Part shown: one piece after another, positions 52,554 through 63,440 of the stretch | Position numbering within the stretch: position 1 is the first letter of the stretch | Layout of the letters: each line of letters opens with the position of its first letter | NCBI GenBank assembly: GCA_965217895.1 | Contig: CBDCJV010000002.1 | Span: 4,544,001-4,608,000 of the forward strand | Source of the DNA: Waterburya sp. | GTDB lineage: Bacteria; Cyanobacteriota; Cyanobacteriia; Cyanobacteriales; Xenococcaceae | Direction: 5' to 3' | DNA: 64,000 bases | Made by a program: the position numbers and the translations under genes | The notes under the pieces: model-generated | What the model was told of the DNA's origin: nothing | What the model saw: the letters and a program-made list of their open reading frames with translations, nothing else | The model's database searches: none

Positions 52554-53249
52554 TTACTTACCTTGATTCGATTGAGGCGGCTGTGTATTTGTGGGGGAAT
52601 TTGGGGTTGATTCTGGTTTGGGAACAGGTTTAGTTTTTGTAGTTTGATTGAGAGTTGGTTTAGGCGTATTGATCTCAGGAGGTGGTATGACAAAGAATGC
52701 CCCTGCTGCCATCGCCAAGCTGGTAAAGCCAACTACTATAGGAGTTAACCTTTGTGCCAAAGGTTGTTCTGGTTGACGATAACGCTTACTTACAGACTGT
52801 AGTTCTAGACTCATATCTGGCAAGGCAGTCCGATCTGCATAAAATTGATCGATCGCATCTACCAAATCAAATAATTCTACCGTAGTTAAATTAACCTCTG
52901 TTCTAGTTTCTTCTCCTCCTGGTTTTGGCTCATAGGTCAAACGATGGCAATGTTGCTCGGCAACTTGTTCAATCGATATTCGGGGGTATTGGCTAGTTTC
53001 TTTATTGGGCTGAGACAGTCCACTCAAAAATCCTTGAGCGTAGTTACTGACAGCCTTAGACAGGTTTGCCAAGAAAACGCTACCACCACTCAACTGTTGA
53101 TTAGAATTAAAAAAGCTGCATTCGGCATTAATCAAAATAGACATAGGAGATTTTCCATCCAAAATATCAACGCTCTGGGGATCGACATTCTCCATGCCTT
53201 CTAAAACTAAATTGCAGTTGGGTAGGCTGTACTGTCGTTTAGTGTTCAT
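52554..53249 (-). CDS. DUF4335 domain protein (short form)
   Basis: YSLPNCNLVLEG, LTTVELFDLVDAIDQF. Confidence 0.82.
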   Translation of the reverse strand: MNTKRQYSLPNCNLVLEGMENVDPQSVDILDGKSPMSILINAECSFFNSNQQLSGGSVFLANLSKAVSNYAQGFLSGLSQPNKETSQYPRISIEQVAEQHCHRLTYEPKPGGEETRTEVNLTTVELFDLVDAIDQFYADRTALPDMSLELQSVSKRYRQPEQPLAQRLTPIVVGFTSLAMAAGAFFVIPPPEINTPKPTLNQTTKTKPVPKPESTPNSPTNTQPPQSNQGK

Positions 53250-53875
53250 GCCACTTCTCCATCAAATAAACTAAACCAAACTCGCTCTAGCCCTCTTGTT
53301 CCCGTACAAAACAGCAGCTTGTTTAATAGGGATAAAGCTAGTTCATTTAACTGCTCTTCCGAGGCAATGTATGCAGACACTTTGGCACGGCGAGAGTTCA
53401 TACGACTGCGAAAATGGGCGCGGAATCTTTCTAAATACTCTGAAAGACGAAAATGATTATCAACTGGCAGATTTTTTACTCGCATTTGCTGTTCGGCTAC
53501 GAGTAGTTGTCTAATAATTATCATTAGATCTTTGGCTCGATAACCTGCAATAATTACTAGTGCCTTAGCCTGTTCCAAACTTAGATAATCTCTTGTATAG
53601 GAACGTCTCCAAGGGTTACTACAGCGCAAACGCCAAAGGTTAACGCGATTCTTAACAATTTTATCTATGCCCAACTGTCTTGCCATCGCCAGCATCTGTT
53701 CTGATGCACCCAATTCTAAAGCCTCTAGAGCAAGCAACAGTAAGTCAATTTGCTGCTGGGTATGAGGAGAACAACCCTTAGAAGGAAGATATATATCTGG
53801 TAAGGTATTTAAGACTGAAGCCGATTGCTCCACTGGTACGGGAAAATCGGATTCTAAACTTGCAGATTGGCTCAT
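53246..53875 (-). CDS. DUF3038 family protein
   Basis: IDLLLLALEAL, LWRLRCSNPWRR, LLFCTGTRG, SLFDGEV. Confidence 0.87.
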   Translation of the reverse strand: MSQSASLESDFPVPVEQSASVLNTLPDIYLPSKGCSPHTQQQIDLLLLALEALELGASEQMLAMARQLGIDKIVKNRVNLWRLRCSNPWRRSYTRDYLSLEQAKALVIIAGYRAKDLMIIIRQLLVAEQQMRVKNLPVDNHFRLSEYLERFRAHFRSRMNSRRAKVSAYIASEEQLNELALSLLNKLLFCTGTRGLERVWFSLFDGEVA

Positions 53876-54006
53876 TATAAAATCAAATCCATATTCTTGT
53901 TATATATATTATTCTCTGTCGAGGATAACAAATTAATCTCTGGTGCTATGATGCCACAGCTATTGAAAACAAAGACTAATTTAACCTACTTTATTGACGT
54001 TTATTT

Positions 54007-54525
54007 ATGAAACTACAGTCTCTAATCCGCGACATTCCCGATTTTCCCCAGCCAGGGATTATTTTTCGAGACATTACTACTTTATTAAATAATCCTCAAG
54101 GCTTAAGATATACCATCGATTTGTTAACGCAAAAGTGCCGAGACGCAAATTTAGTACCAGACTACATTGTAGGTATGGAATCACGAGGCTTTATTTTTGC
54201 CACTCCTTTAGCTTATCAACTAAATGCTGGCTTTGTCCCTGTACGCAAACCTGACAAACTGCCAGCCTCAGTTTATTCAGTTACTTACGAACTCGAATAC
54301 GGCACTGATAGTCTAGAGATTCATCAAGATGCGATCGCTCCTGGAGCAAAAGTTTTAATTGTCGATGATTTATTGGCTACGGGAGGAACAGCCAAGGCTA
54401 CTTGCGAATTATTAACTAAAATAAAGGCAAAAACTATCGGCTGTGCCTTCGTCATCGAGCTAACAGCTTTAGGGGGCAGACAAAAGCTACCTAATCTGCC
54501 AATTATCAATTTAGTTGAGTATTAA
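54007..54525 (+). CDS. apt: Adenine phosphoribosyltransferase
   Basis: [28 protein letters not shown]. Confidence 0.98.
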   Translation: MKLQSLIRDIPDFPQPGIIFRDITTLLNNPQGLRYTIDLLTQKCRDANLVPDYIVGMESRGFIFATPLAYQLNAGFVPVRKPDKLPASVYSVTYELEYGTDSLEIHQDAIAPGAKVLIVDDLLATGGTAKATCELLTKIKAKTIGCAFVIELTALGGRQKLPNLPIINLVEY

Positions 54526-54812
54526 AGCTGATTGATTAGGTGAGCGGTGGTTTACAATATTTCTCAGCTAAAGACACCGTAGCTTTTTAGCTATGTTGGC
54601 GATCGCTCTAATTGGTCAATTAGCTCATTTTAATGTTTATTTAAACCTACGTTGGGGTATAGTAATCATGAATTTTAATAGTTTCGCGATCGTCAAATCC
54701 TAGAGTGACTGTACTGTTTAAGAGTTGACAAAAACGGAGTCAAAGCCACAATAGCGAGTATAGAATTATCTATATTTTTGATTCAGGAATTATTGCAAAT
54801 AAGGAGTGAGGA

Positions 54813-56555
54813 GTGGGTAAGACAAATCAATTTATTAAAACTGTAGGTATAAGCTCAGTAATATTAGTTACCAACGCAGCTATAGCTAGTGCGCAAAATA
54901 TAGCCAGTCATGATTCTAGTAATTTAGTTGGCAAAAATCCAACTACTAATGAGAAAAAAAATATAGCATCTGATAATGGTAGTGGGTTGCCTCCATCGAT
55001 TTTACCAGACAGAAAAAATAGCCACTTATCTAATTCAGATGCTGTATTTCTAGAGCTAACATCGGGGAAAGTGGCTCAATCTTCAGGTTCAACTTCAGAT
55101 GCGACGGCAGATATTATGAAACCTGCACAAAAACCAATTATTAATCTAAATCGACTCAACCCTAGCCCCAATCCGCTTTCATTTCCTACTAAACCAAATG
55201 AGGTAAAAGTTGATACTCAAAAACCAATTACTCTAGAACAGGCGATTGAATTATCTCTCAAAAACAATAAACAGATAGAGGAAGCTAGGATTCAAATAGA
55301 GCGATCGCAAGCAGCAGTCAGACAAGCAAAGGCAGCACTATTTCCCACTGCTACTTTTAGTACTGGATTTAGTTATGGTAACTCTGTCTTCCTTGATAGT
55401 ATCAATGACCAAATAATCAATCAACGGGTAGATAATGCCCCACCAGGTACAACTAGACAACAGGTAGAAGACCAACTATCTCTAGGTAGCATCTCTGGTA
55501 GTAATTTTAGCAATCAAACATCTAGCTTTAATACAGATGTAAGCCTCAACTATAATATTTACGATGGTGGCAATAGAGGAGCTTCTATTCGTGCAGCCGA
55601 AAAACAACTACGTAGCACGGAGTTAAATTTAGAAGTCACTGTCGAGCAGGCTCGTTTTGAAACCGCAAGAGACTATTATAGTCTGCAAAACTCTGACGCT
55701 CAGGTAAAGATTGAAGAGGCTGCCGTGGCAGATGCCCGACAAACCCTAAAGGATGCCAGATTGCTAGAAAAAGCGGGTTTAGGCACAAAATTTGACGTAT
55801 TGCGTGCAGAAGTAGAATTGGCACAGGCACAACAAAGACTAACTACGGCTCAAGCCAATCAAAATATTGCTCGCAGACAGCTAGCAGAAACCCTCAGTGT
55901 TTCCCATAATACTGGTCTAGCCACGGCAGATCCCATCGCCGAAGCTGGAATTTGGAAGCTTTCTCTACCACAATCAATTGTTCAAGCATTTAAAAACCGT
56001 GCTGAATTAGAGCAATTATTGTTACAAAGAGAAATTAGTGCCGAACAACGTCAGGTTGCTTTATCTCAAATCAGACCAACGTTAGGAGCAACTGCTCAAT
56101 ATCAAATAAGAGATGACTTCGAGGATAGTTTTAATCCCAACGATGACTATGCAGTAGGTTTAAACATCCGGTGGTTATTTTTTGATGGTGGTGCTGCTCG
56201 TGCTGGCGCGCAACAATCAGAAAAAGATATTGAAATCGCCCAAACTCAGTTCGCCGATCAGCGCAATTTGATTCGTTTTGCCGTAGAACAAGCTTATTTT
56301 GGTCTAGAATCTAACAAGAGAAATATAGGGACGGCTACCAAAGAAGTGGAACTAGCAGTAGAAAGTCTGCGATTAGCTAGATTACGTTTTCAAGCTGGTG
56401 TAGGTACTCAGACAGATGTAATTGATGCTCAAACTCAGTTAACTACTGCTCGTGGAAACCTATTATCTTCAATTATTGACTACAATCAGTCTTACGCTCA
56501 ATTACAAAGAGGGGTTTCTAATACTCCTGACGATGGTTTACAAGATTTGCCATAA
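54813..56555 (+). CDS. tolC: TolC family outer membrane efflux protein
   Basis: ITLEQAIEL, GTKFDVLRAEV, RFQAGVGTQTDV. Confidence 0.93.
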   Translation: MGKTNQFIKTVGISSVILVTNAAIASAQNIASHDSSNLVGKNPTTNEKKNIASDNGSGLPPSILPDRKNSHLSNSDAVFLELTSGKVAQSSGSTSDATADIMKPAQKPIINLNRLNPSPNPLSFPTKPNEVKVDTQKPITLEQAIELSLKNNKQIEEARIQIERSQAAVRQAKAALFPTATFSTGFSYGNSVFLDSINDQIINQRVDNAPPGTTRQQVEDQLSLGSISGSNFSNQTSSFNTDVSLNYNIYDGGNRGASIRAAEKQLRSTELNLEVTVEQARFETARDYYSLQNSDAQVKIEEAAVADARQTLKDARLLEKAGLGTKFDVLRAEVELAQAQQRLTTAQANQNIARRQLAETLSVSHNTGLATADPIAEAGIWKLSLPQSIVQAFKNRAELEQLLLQREISAEQRQVALSQIRPTLGATAQYQIRDDFEDSFNPNDDYAVGLNIRWLFFDGGAARAGAQQSEKDIEIAQTQFADQRNLIRFAVEQAYFGLESNKRNIGTATKEVELAVESLRLARLRFQAGVGTQTDVIDAQTQLTTARGNLLSSIIDYNQSYAQLQRGVSNTPDDGLQDLP

Positions 56556-56564
56556 TATCTTTCT

Positions 56565-56710
56565 TGGCGTTGCTGATTAAGTAATATCGTACAAAAGATT
56601 ACTGTCCGTAGCTATAAGCCTTAAGCTCTTAGCTATAAGCTTTTTTAAATCAAACTCTATTTTTGAAGAGACAAAATAATGCTTCATAGCATTACAATTC
56701 AGCAACGCCA
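56565..56710. mobile_element. MITE with 12-bp perfect inverted ends and internal heptamer repeats
   Basis: TGGCGTTGCTGA ... TCAGCAACGCCA. Confidence 0.7.
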
Positions 56711-56733
56711 TTTTCTTTAGTTATTTATTTTGC

Positions 56734-58035
56734 ATGAAGGTCAATAAAATCAATGGCTTGTTAAATAACTATTCTCAACAAAGCTCAGATTGGACATGGT
56801 TATGTTTTAGTCTCAGTATTTTGCTTCTACCACTTTTTCCTATCTTAGGAACATTGGGGCTATTGATAATAATCATCAAGTCTGGACAAGATAATTTACC
56901 TAAAATCATAGCCAATCGCCATAACCAAGCCCTGGCTATATTGTCTATTTTATTTATTGTCAGTTCGGCTTTGGCAGAGCAACCAAAGGAAGCTTGGCTA
57001 GGGCTAGCTAATTTTCTGCCATTTTTTTTACTGTTTGCAGCTTTAAAACCTTTAATCAGGCATCCCATTCAGCTAAAGCAGCTATCTTGGTTGCTAATCC
57101 TTCCTTCCTTGCCAATTATAGTTTTAGGATTTGGTCAGCTATTTGCTGGCTGGCATACTCCTCCTTTGGTAAAGTTTATTTTAGGTTGGAAGCTAGTTGC
57201 CCAAGGAGTGCCGACAGGAAGAATGTCAGCAGTATTTAACTATACTAATTTTCTGGCTATTTATCTGGCGATCGCCTTTAGTTTAGCTTTAGGATTATGG
57301 TTAGATACTTGGCAAGCTTGGCGAAAAAATCCAGCTAATAAACAGCTTCAGATATTATCATTGCTTACCGTAATTTTGCTAGCAGATATTAGCGGGTTAG
57401 TTCTTACTAGTTCTCGCAACGCCTGGGGTCTAGCTGCGATTAGCTTTATGGCTTACGCTGCATATATGGGTTGGCGTTGGCTAATATATGGCGTGAGTAG
57501 TGCTGCAACAGCAATTCTTTGGGCATCTTTTGCCCCTAACCTAGGCGGCACTCAATTAAGAAAGGTTGTTCCGAGCTTTTTTTGGGCGAGACTATCAGAT
57601 CGAGATTATCAACGCCCTGTAGAAACTCTACGCATTACCCTATGGGAATTCTGCTGGGATCTAATCAAACAACGCCCTTTATTTGGTTGGGGTTTGAGAA
57701 ACTTTACTCCTCTCTACGAAGCCAAAACAAATTTTTGGTTCGGACATCCCCACAATTTATTTTTAATGCTCGGTGCAGAGACAGGAATTATTGCTGTTTT
57801 ATTAATTGTTTGTATTGTTGGCTCAATTATGGCTGGTGGGGTAAAATTGCTTCTCGATTGGTCTACAGATGATTTTAGGCTGATCTTTTTTAGCTATCTA
57901 GTCAGCTTTACGTGCTGCATTCTTTTTAATCTTTTTGATGTGACTATTTTCGATTTACGAGTAAATGTTATTGGCTGGGTACTTCTTTCTGCTATTAGTG
58001 GTGTAATTACGGCAGAACAATCAGCCAAAGCATAG
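56734..58035 (+). CDS. O-antigen ligase family protein
   Basis: TSSRNAW, RPLFGWG, HPHNLFL, many TM helices. Confidence 0.9.
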   Translation: MKVNKINGLLNNYSQQSSDWTWLCFSLSILLLPLFPILGTLGLLIIIIKSGQDNLPKIIANRHNQALAILSILFIVSSALAEQPKEAWLGLANFLPFFLLFAALKPLIRHPIQLKQLSWLLILPSLPIIVLGFGQLFAGWHTPPLVKFILGWKLVAQGVPTGRMSAVFNYTNFLAIYLAIAFSLALGLWLDTWQAWRKNPANKQLQILSLLTVILLADISGLVLTSSRNAWGLAAISFMAYAAYMGWRWLIYGVSSAATAILWASFAPNLGGTQLRKVVPSFFWARLSDRDYQRPVETLRITLWEFCWDLIKQRPLFGWGLRNFTPLYEAKTNFWFGHPHNLFLMLGAETGIIAVLLIVCIVGSIMAGGVKLLLDWSTDDFRLIFFSYLVSFTCCILFNLFDVTIFDLRVNVIGWVLLSAISGVITAEQSAKA

Positions 58036-58139
58036 TTTAATAAATTATGCACATCCAAACAATACTGTTTTAGTTATCGGCTTTTTTTGGGATAGTAAAT
58101 AAATGGTGAAGCAATTGATTGATTCACTGCTCATTGAAA

Positions 58140-58853
58140 ATGGAAATACTTATTGTTGAAGACGAACAAGAAATTGCTCAACTAATTGAACAAACTTTGA
58201 CCAGAGAAAGTTTTGCTTGTCGTGTTGCTCATGATGGATTGACTGCACTAGAGATATTTAGGCAGCAGCAGCCAGATTTAGTAATTCTCGATTTAATGCT
58301 TCCTGGTTTAGATGGATTGGAAGTGTGTACCCGCATTCGCCAGCAGCCATATAACAAAGATCCCTATATCTTAATGCTCACAGCTAGAGGAGAAGAAATA
58401 GATCGAGTCATTGGGCTTTCTACTGGAGCGGATGATTATTTAGTCAAGCCATTTAGCCCTAGAGAATTGGTTGCTAGGGTTCGAGCTTTATTAAGGCGTA
58501 GTTTGCGCCATGACGTACAGGAAACATCTCAGATTTATCGCACTAAACATTTTTCCGTCGATCTAGATCAACATTTAGCAACAAGACAGTTAGATACCCA
58601 AACTCCTGACGAACTAGACTTAACGACTTTAGAGTTTAATTTATTAGCCACCTTTTTAAGCTATCCTGGTCGAGTTTGGAGTCGTACCCAACTAATCGAT
58701 AAACTTTGGGGCAATGACTTTTTTGGCGATGAAAGGGTTGTTGATACCCATATTAGAAGACTGCGTAAAAAAATTGAGCCAGATTCAGCCAATCCTACAT
58801 TTGTCAAAACAGTGGTAGGAGTTGGCTATAAGTTTGAAGATGATAACGTTTAA
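58140..58853 (+). CDS. OmpR-family response regulator
   Basis: LDLMLPGLDG, GADDYLVKPF, VDTHIRRLRKK. Confidence 0.95.
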   Translation: MEILIVEDEQEIAQLIEQTLTRESFACRVAHDGLTALEIFRQQQPDLVILDLMLPGLDGLEVCTRIRQQPYNKDPYILMLTARGEEIDRVIGLSTGADDYLVKPFSPRELVARVRALLRRSLRHDVQETSQIYRTKHFSVDLDQHLATRQLDTQTPDELDLTTLEFNLLATFLSYPGRVWSRTQLIDKLWGNDFFGDERVVDTHIRRLRKKIEPDSANPTFVKTVVGVGYKFEDDNV

Positions 58854-58954
58854 TTAACCACAAAAAGAGAAATCTGAAGGCAGGACTAAATTCCTACATA
58901 CATTGTTTCAGATCCCTCTTTGAGATTAATTCTGTCTAGTTATTGGTAACTAAC

Positions 58955-59137
58955 TTATTTATCAGTTTCGGGTTTGGCTGTCCCAGCACAGGGATTAGCA
59001 GTTCCATCAGCAGGGGCAGTTTGAGTTGCATCATCACCAGTGTTAGTTCCACCAGAGTCAGGAGTAGCACAAGAAGTCACTAAACCTAAACTTAATACGG
59101 ATGCAGCAGCTAAACTTCCCAGATATTTAACTTTCAT
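58955..59137 (-). CDS. Small lipoprotein with ANPCAG motif
   Basis: AGGAG RBS, signal peptide ending VTSC, low-complexity mature part. Confidence 0.7.
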   Translation of the reverse strand: MKVKYLGSLAAASVLSLGLVTSCATPDSGGTNTGDDATQTAPADGTANPCAGTAKPETDK

Positions 59138-59705
59138 ATTTTTCTCCTATTGTAAATCTTTATTGCGACTATTTTCTTGAAACAATTCTAATATTGCCCA
59201 TAGTACATACAAGGTAATCTAACCAAACCTTTGAAAAATTCCTGATAAGGTTCGGCTAATTTAACCAAATTGTCGGTTTAAGCATAAAGTGAAATATTTA
59301 TGACGAAAACGCTAGGATTTCAGGTTACTCAAGTTAAACATATTAAGAATAACCTGAAATCTTAACTACTTTTTAAATAATAAGTTGAAATTTTATAAAG
59401 TAGTTATATTTACAAAACTCTTAAATGCTTATGGTATATACACTTTAGCCTCGAATAAACTACTGTTTAATATTTAATCGACAACCAAAAAATAAAACCT
59501 TAAATCATTCAGAGCAGAACTGAAGTTATAATAGCGTAAATTTTAGAAATCAGCTTTAATTGAGTTTGCTGGAGTAAAATCAAATCTGTCCGTATTAAGT
59601 ATGAGCTATAAATATTTACAAATCTAAATGTATTGAGAAAAAATTAATTATGCTAAATCTGTTTCTGATTTAAGAGTAAACTTTAACTGGCGATCGCAAT
59701 TGACC

Positions 59706-62700
59706 CTACTGCACCAATTCCGTAATTACAGTTATTAACTCAGGAATATTAATTGGTTTGGCAAGATGTCGATTAAATCCCGCATCCAAAGAAAGTTGCT
59801 GATTTACTTCTCCAGCATAAGCCGTAAGAGCGATCGCTGGAATATTTTTTCCTTGAGACAGGTTGCGAATTTGACTCATCAGAGTATAACCATCAGTTTT
59901 GGGCATACCAATATCACTAACAATTAAATCGGGTGTTGATTTATTTAGGGCTTCTAGGGCTGATGCTGCTGATGCTACCGATATTACTGATGCACCCTCT
60001 TGTTTTAGAACCAAAGTGAGTATATCCAGCGAGTCTACTTCGTCATCTACTACCAATATTTTGATACCGCTAAAGCGATTAGGCTTTACCGATAGATCGA
60101 TAGGATTAATATCTATTGCTTCTGTAGGTGTATTCATAAGTGGTAATTTGACGCTAAATATCGTCCCTTTTCCCTTTCCCTCACTGGCAACGGCAACTGT
60201 TCCGCCGTGTAGTTCGCTTAAGTGACGCACTATGGCTAAACCCAAACCCAATCCGCCAAACTGTCTAGTGTTCCCACCTTCTGCCTGACGAAAGCGATCG
60301 AATACATAAGGTAGAAATTCTGAATCAATTCCCTGTCCCGTATCTTGAACTTCTAGTGATGCCCGTTTACCTATTTTGCTTAACTTAACTAAAACTCGAC
60401 CACCTTCTGGAGTGAATTTAATAGCGTTAGAAACTAGATTCCAGATGATCTGCTGTAAACGACTCGCATCTCCCGCAACCTGTCCGATATTGGGTTCAAA
60501 TTCAGTTTCAATTTGAATTGATTTGGCATCGGCTGCTAATTGAACTGTAGTTAGTGCCGATTTAATAACCATTTCAAGATCGAGAGGAGTTTTATTTAAA
60601 TTTAGCTTACCCCGCAAGATTCTCGAAACATCTAGCAAATCGTCAATCAATTGTGCCTGAAGTTTGGCATTACGTTCAATTATAGTAATCCCCGCTGCCA
60701 TTTTTTCTGAGTCAAGTCTGCCAGAAGCCAGTAATTGTGACCAGCCGAGAATAGGATTAAGAGGAGTACGTAGTTCATGAGAAACAATTGCCAAAAACTC
60801 GTCTTTTAGCTGGTTGGCTTCGATCAAATCTTCCGTTTGCTGCCGTAGTCTTTGTTCTAATTCTTTAATTCGAGTAATGCTGGTATTTGTACCATACCAC
60901 TTAATAATTTCTCCCTGTTCGTTGCGCAATGGTCTGGCTTTGACTAAAAACCAGCGATATACTCCGTCTACACCGCGCAAGCGAACCTCTATATTATATT
61001 TCTTACCCGAACTTACTGATTCATTCCAACTTTTCAGAACTCTGGCTGAATCTTCGGGATGCAGAATAATTTTCCAACCGCTATTAATTGTATTCTCTAA
61101 AGGGATTCCCGTATAATCTATCCAGCGTTGATTAAAATAGTCTACTTCACCTTTTGCTGTTGCCGTCCAGATCTGCTGGGGAATGACTTCAGTTGTTAGC
61201 TTAAGCTCATGTTCCCTTTGCATTAGAGCCTGTTTACTGGCTTCGCGATCGCTAATATCAATACCAGAGGGAATCAGATACTCTACCTTGCCATTGTTAT
61301 CAAACAAGGGAATGAGAGAAAAGTCGATCACAATGTAGTTTTCTGCCCCTAAGCGAACTTGAACATCATAATGAACTGTTTCTCCTGCTGCTGCTCGTTT
61401 AATTGCTTCATTTAATTGTGCTTGGCTTTGGGTCGAATAAGACCACCAGTAAGCTTGGGTAAAGGGTTTCCCTAAAACATCCTCTGGTTGCAGATTGGCA
61501 GCGTCTAAAGCGGTACGATTGGCTTCAATCAAGATCCCATTAGGAGTCATTACGCCGACAAAGGTATATAGACTGTCTAGAACTCTTTTCAAATGCTGTT
61601 CGCTATCGCGAATTTTTAATTCTATCCGTTTGCGATCGCTAATATCTTGTACCGTACCCATCATGCGCACTGGTTGGCCTATCTGGTTATAAAAACCTCT
61701 ACCTTTAGCTACGATCCAGTGAACGCTACCATCTGACCAGACAACGCGATATTCGATATTGTAATCTGTTTGATTAGCTAAAGCCTCCTCAACTGCCTGA
61801 TTAGTGCGATCGCGATCTTCGGGATGGAGCGTCTGAATAAATCTTGCGTAGCTCAATTCGGCATCAGCAGTCAGTCCAAACAGAGCTTTACACTGAGAGG
61901 TAAACTCTAACTCATCCTCCACCAAATCCCAAAACCACATACCGATGCCAGATGCCACTGTAGCTAGCTTTAATCGTTCTTCGCTTTCTTTTAAAGCTAT
62001 TTCGACTTGTTGACGATTGGTGATATCCCTGGCAATACCCAATATCTGCTCTACCTTACCTTCAGCAGTACGGCTATATACTCTATCTTGGCTGCAAAAC
62101 CAACGCCATTCGCCATTTTGGTGACGCATTCGATATTCAAGTTTGCATACTTCTCCTGGTTGCGATCGCTCTAGCTTTTCTAGGTGAGGAGGAAAAAAAG
62201 CTCTATCTTGAGGGTGCATGACCTGAGTTATAAATTCTTGCCCCATTTCCAGAATTTCTTCTGGAGTATAGCCTAAAGAATTGTATGCCTGGGAATTAAT
62301 ATAAAGATTGCGTTGAGAAATTGCGTCGAATATGTATAGTACTCCAGGAATAGCATCGGCAAATAGCTTGAAATCCTTGCTTAACTCTAACTTTTGCGGA
62401 TTTTCCCCATCGCGATCGCTTTTGGTTGCGGTAATATCTCTAAAGGTTGTCACTACTCCTGATGGGCGATCGCAGTCTCCTGAAAATAAAGGCTGAGAAT
62501 TTAGTGAAAGCCATACCAAGCTACCATCTGGCTGATAAAATTCCATCTCCTCATCAGCAAACTGCCCTGTTTCTAGAGCAGTTACCACGCTTTTAGAGTT
62601 ACCAAAGGCGATCGCTATATTTGAAGCAGCAAACCCAATCATTTCCCGAGCCGAATAACCTAATATCCTTTCTGCATCTCTATTACAGCTTTGAATACTA

Positions 62701-62771
62701 CCATCAGCTAGCTGAAACAAAATTCCTACTGCTGTAGCCGTATGAGAAATGCTGTTTGAATCTACTTTCAT
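59706..62771 (-). CDS. Multi-PAS hybrid sensor histidine kinase (5 PAS, HisKA, HATPase, receiver)
   Basis: HPQDR/HPEDR PAS motifs, SHELRTPL, NAIKFT, GLGLGL, SDIGMP. Confidence 0.95.
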   Translation of the reverse strand: MKVDSNSISHTATAVGILFQLADGSIQSCNRDAERILGYSAREMIGFAASNIAIAFGNSKSVVTALETGQFADEEMEFYQPDGSLVWLSLNSQPLFSGDCDRPSGVVTTFRDITATKSDRDGENPQKLELSKDFKLFADAIPGVLYIFDAISQRNLYINSQAYNSLGYTPEEILEMGQEFITQVMHPQDRAFFPPHLEKLERSQPGEVCKLEYRMRHQNGEWRWFCSQDRVYSRTAEGKVEQILGIARDITNRQQVEIALKESEERLKLATVASGIGMWFWDLVEDELEFTSQCKALFGLTADAELSYARFIQTLHPEDRDRTNQAVEEALANQTDYNIEYRVVWSDGSVHWIVAKGRGFYNQIGQPVRMMGTVQDISDRKRIELKIRDSEQHLKRVLDSLYTFVGVMTPNGILIEANRTALDAANLQPEDVLGKPFTQAYWWSYSTQSQAQLNEAIKRAAAGETVHYDVQVRLGAENYIVIDFSLIPLFDNNGKVEYLIPSGIDISDREASKQALMQREHELKLTTEVIPQQIWTATAKGEVDYFNQRWIDYTGIPLENTINSGWKIILHPEDSARVLKSWNESVSSGKKYNIEVRLRGVDGVYRWFLVKARPLRNEQGEIIKWYGTNTSITRIKELEQRLRQQTEDLIEANQLKDEFLAIVSHELRTPLNPILGWSQLLASGRLDSEKMAAGITIIERNAKLQAQLIDDLLDVSRILRGKLNLNKTPLDLEMVIKSALTTVQLAADAKSIQIETEFEPNIGQVAGDASRLQQIIWNLVSNAIKFTPEGGRVLVKLSKIGKRASLEVQDTGQGIDSEFLPYVFDRFRQAEGGNTRQFGGLGLGLAIVRHLSELHGGTVAVASEGKGKGTIFSVKLPLMNTPTEAIDINPIDLSVKPNRFSGIKILVVDDEVDSLDILTLVLKQEGASVISVASAASALEALNKSTPDLIVSDIGMPKTDGYTLMSQIRNLSQGKNIPAIALTAYAGEVNQQLSLDAGFNRHLAKPINIPELITVITELVQ

Positions 62772-63035
62772 GTTGATACTTCGATTACACTGCCAGTAAC
62801 GCTAAATCGATTTTATCTTCATAATCAAATTACTGTTTGATAGCACTTTTACCTAACTGTAAAGAACTAAAAAGAATATTTTAAAACTGTTCTGATAATC
62901 ATTATAAAAATAATATAGCTTTTAGACTATCTAAATTTCTATCTTTGGAAAGATTTTATCTGTTAGGTGATGCCCAATCGTGACAAGCTAAACCGCATCC
63001 AGTTTAAAACCAGGAGTTTTTAAGTTGACTGTTCG

Positions 63036-63070
63036 TAAGTAGCAAGTAGCAAGTAGCAAGTAGCAAGTAG
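63036..63070. repeat. Heptamer tandem repeat (AAGTAGC)n
   Basis: Five copies, read directly. Confidence 0.9.
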
Positions 63071-63097
63071 AAATTATATCCTGCTGTTTGACCAACG

Positions 63098-63185
63098 GTC
63101 ACAGCAGGCTCCGTCCGTTTAGAAGTCCCCGTGCTGTTCCGTTTAGGAACAGCTTCATGCGGGACGTGGCGGAGTAATCTGTGAC
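63098..63185. repeat. GC-rich extended hairpin element
   Basis: Nested stems GTCACAG/CTGTGAC, CTCCG/CGGAG, GTCCC/GGGAC, GCTGTTCC/GGAACAGC. Confidence 0.65.
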
Positions 63186-63235
63186 TAGCTCAATCTCCGA
63201 TTCAAAAACTACGGTTTTCGTTTGACAGACGGGGT

Positions 63236-63342
63236 TTAAGTAGGTGGGCGAAATCATTTATAAGATAGCAACATTAACTTTTTGCTCTGACCTCTGACCT
63301 CTATCAAATCCATTTTATATTTAATTACACTTACCCACTTAA
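63236..63342. mobile_element. MITE with IS630-like ends
   Basis: TTAAGTAGGTGGGCG ... CACTTACCCACTTAA imperfect inverted repeats resembling the 4719-5815 ends, with internal CTCTGAC repeats. Confidence 0.6.
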
Positions 63343-63440
63343 GACAAAATCAATATACGCTTGGAATAAGAAGGTTAGCTAAAAAACATCTCTGAGGCTA
63401 AGAGCTAATAGCTGATAGCTAATAGCTAGGGCGAAGCCCT

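Noticed and set aside
62960..63235. Possible 6S RNA, SRP RNA or tRNA
   Set aside because: I could not find the diagnostic conserved motifs.
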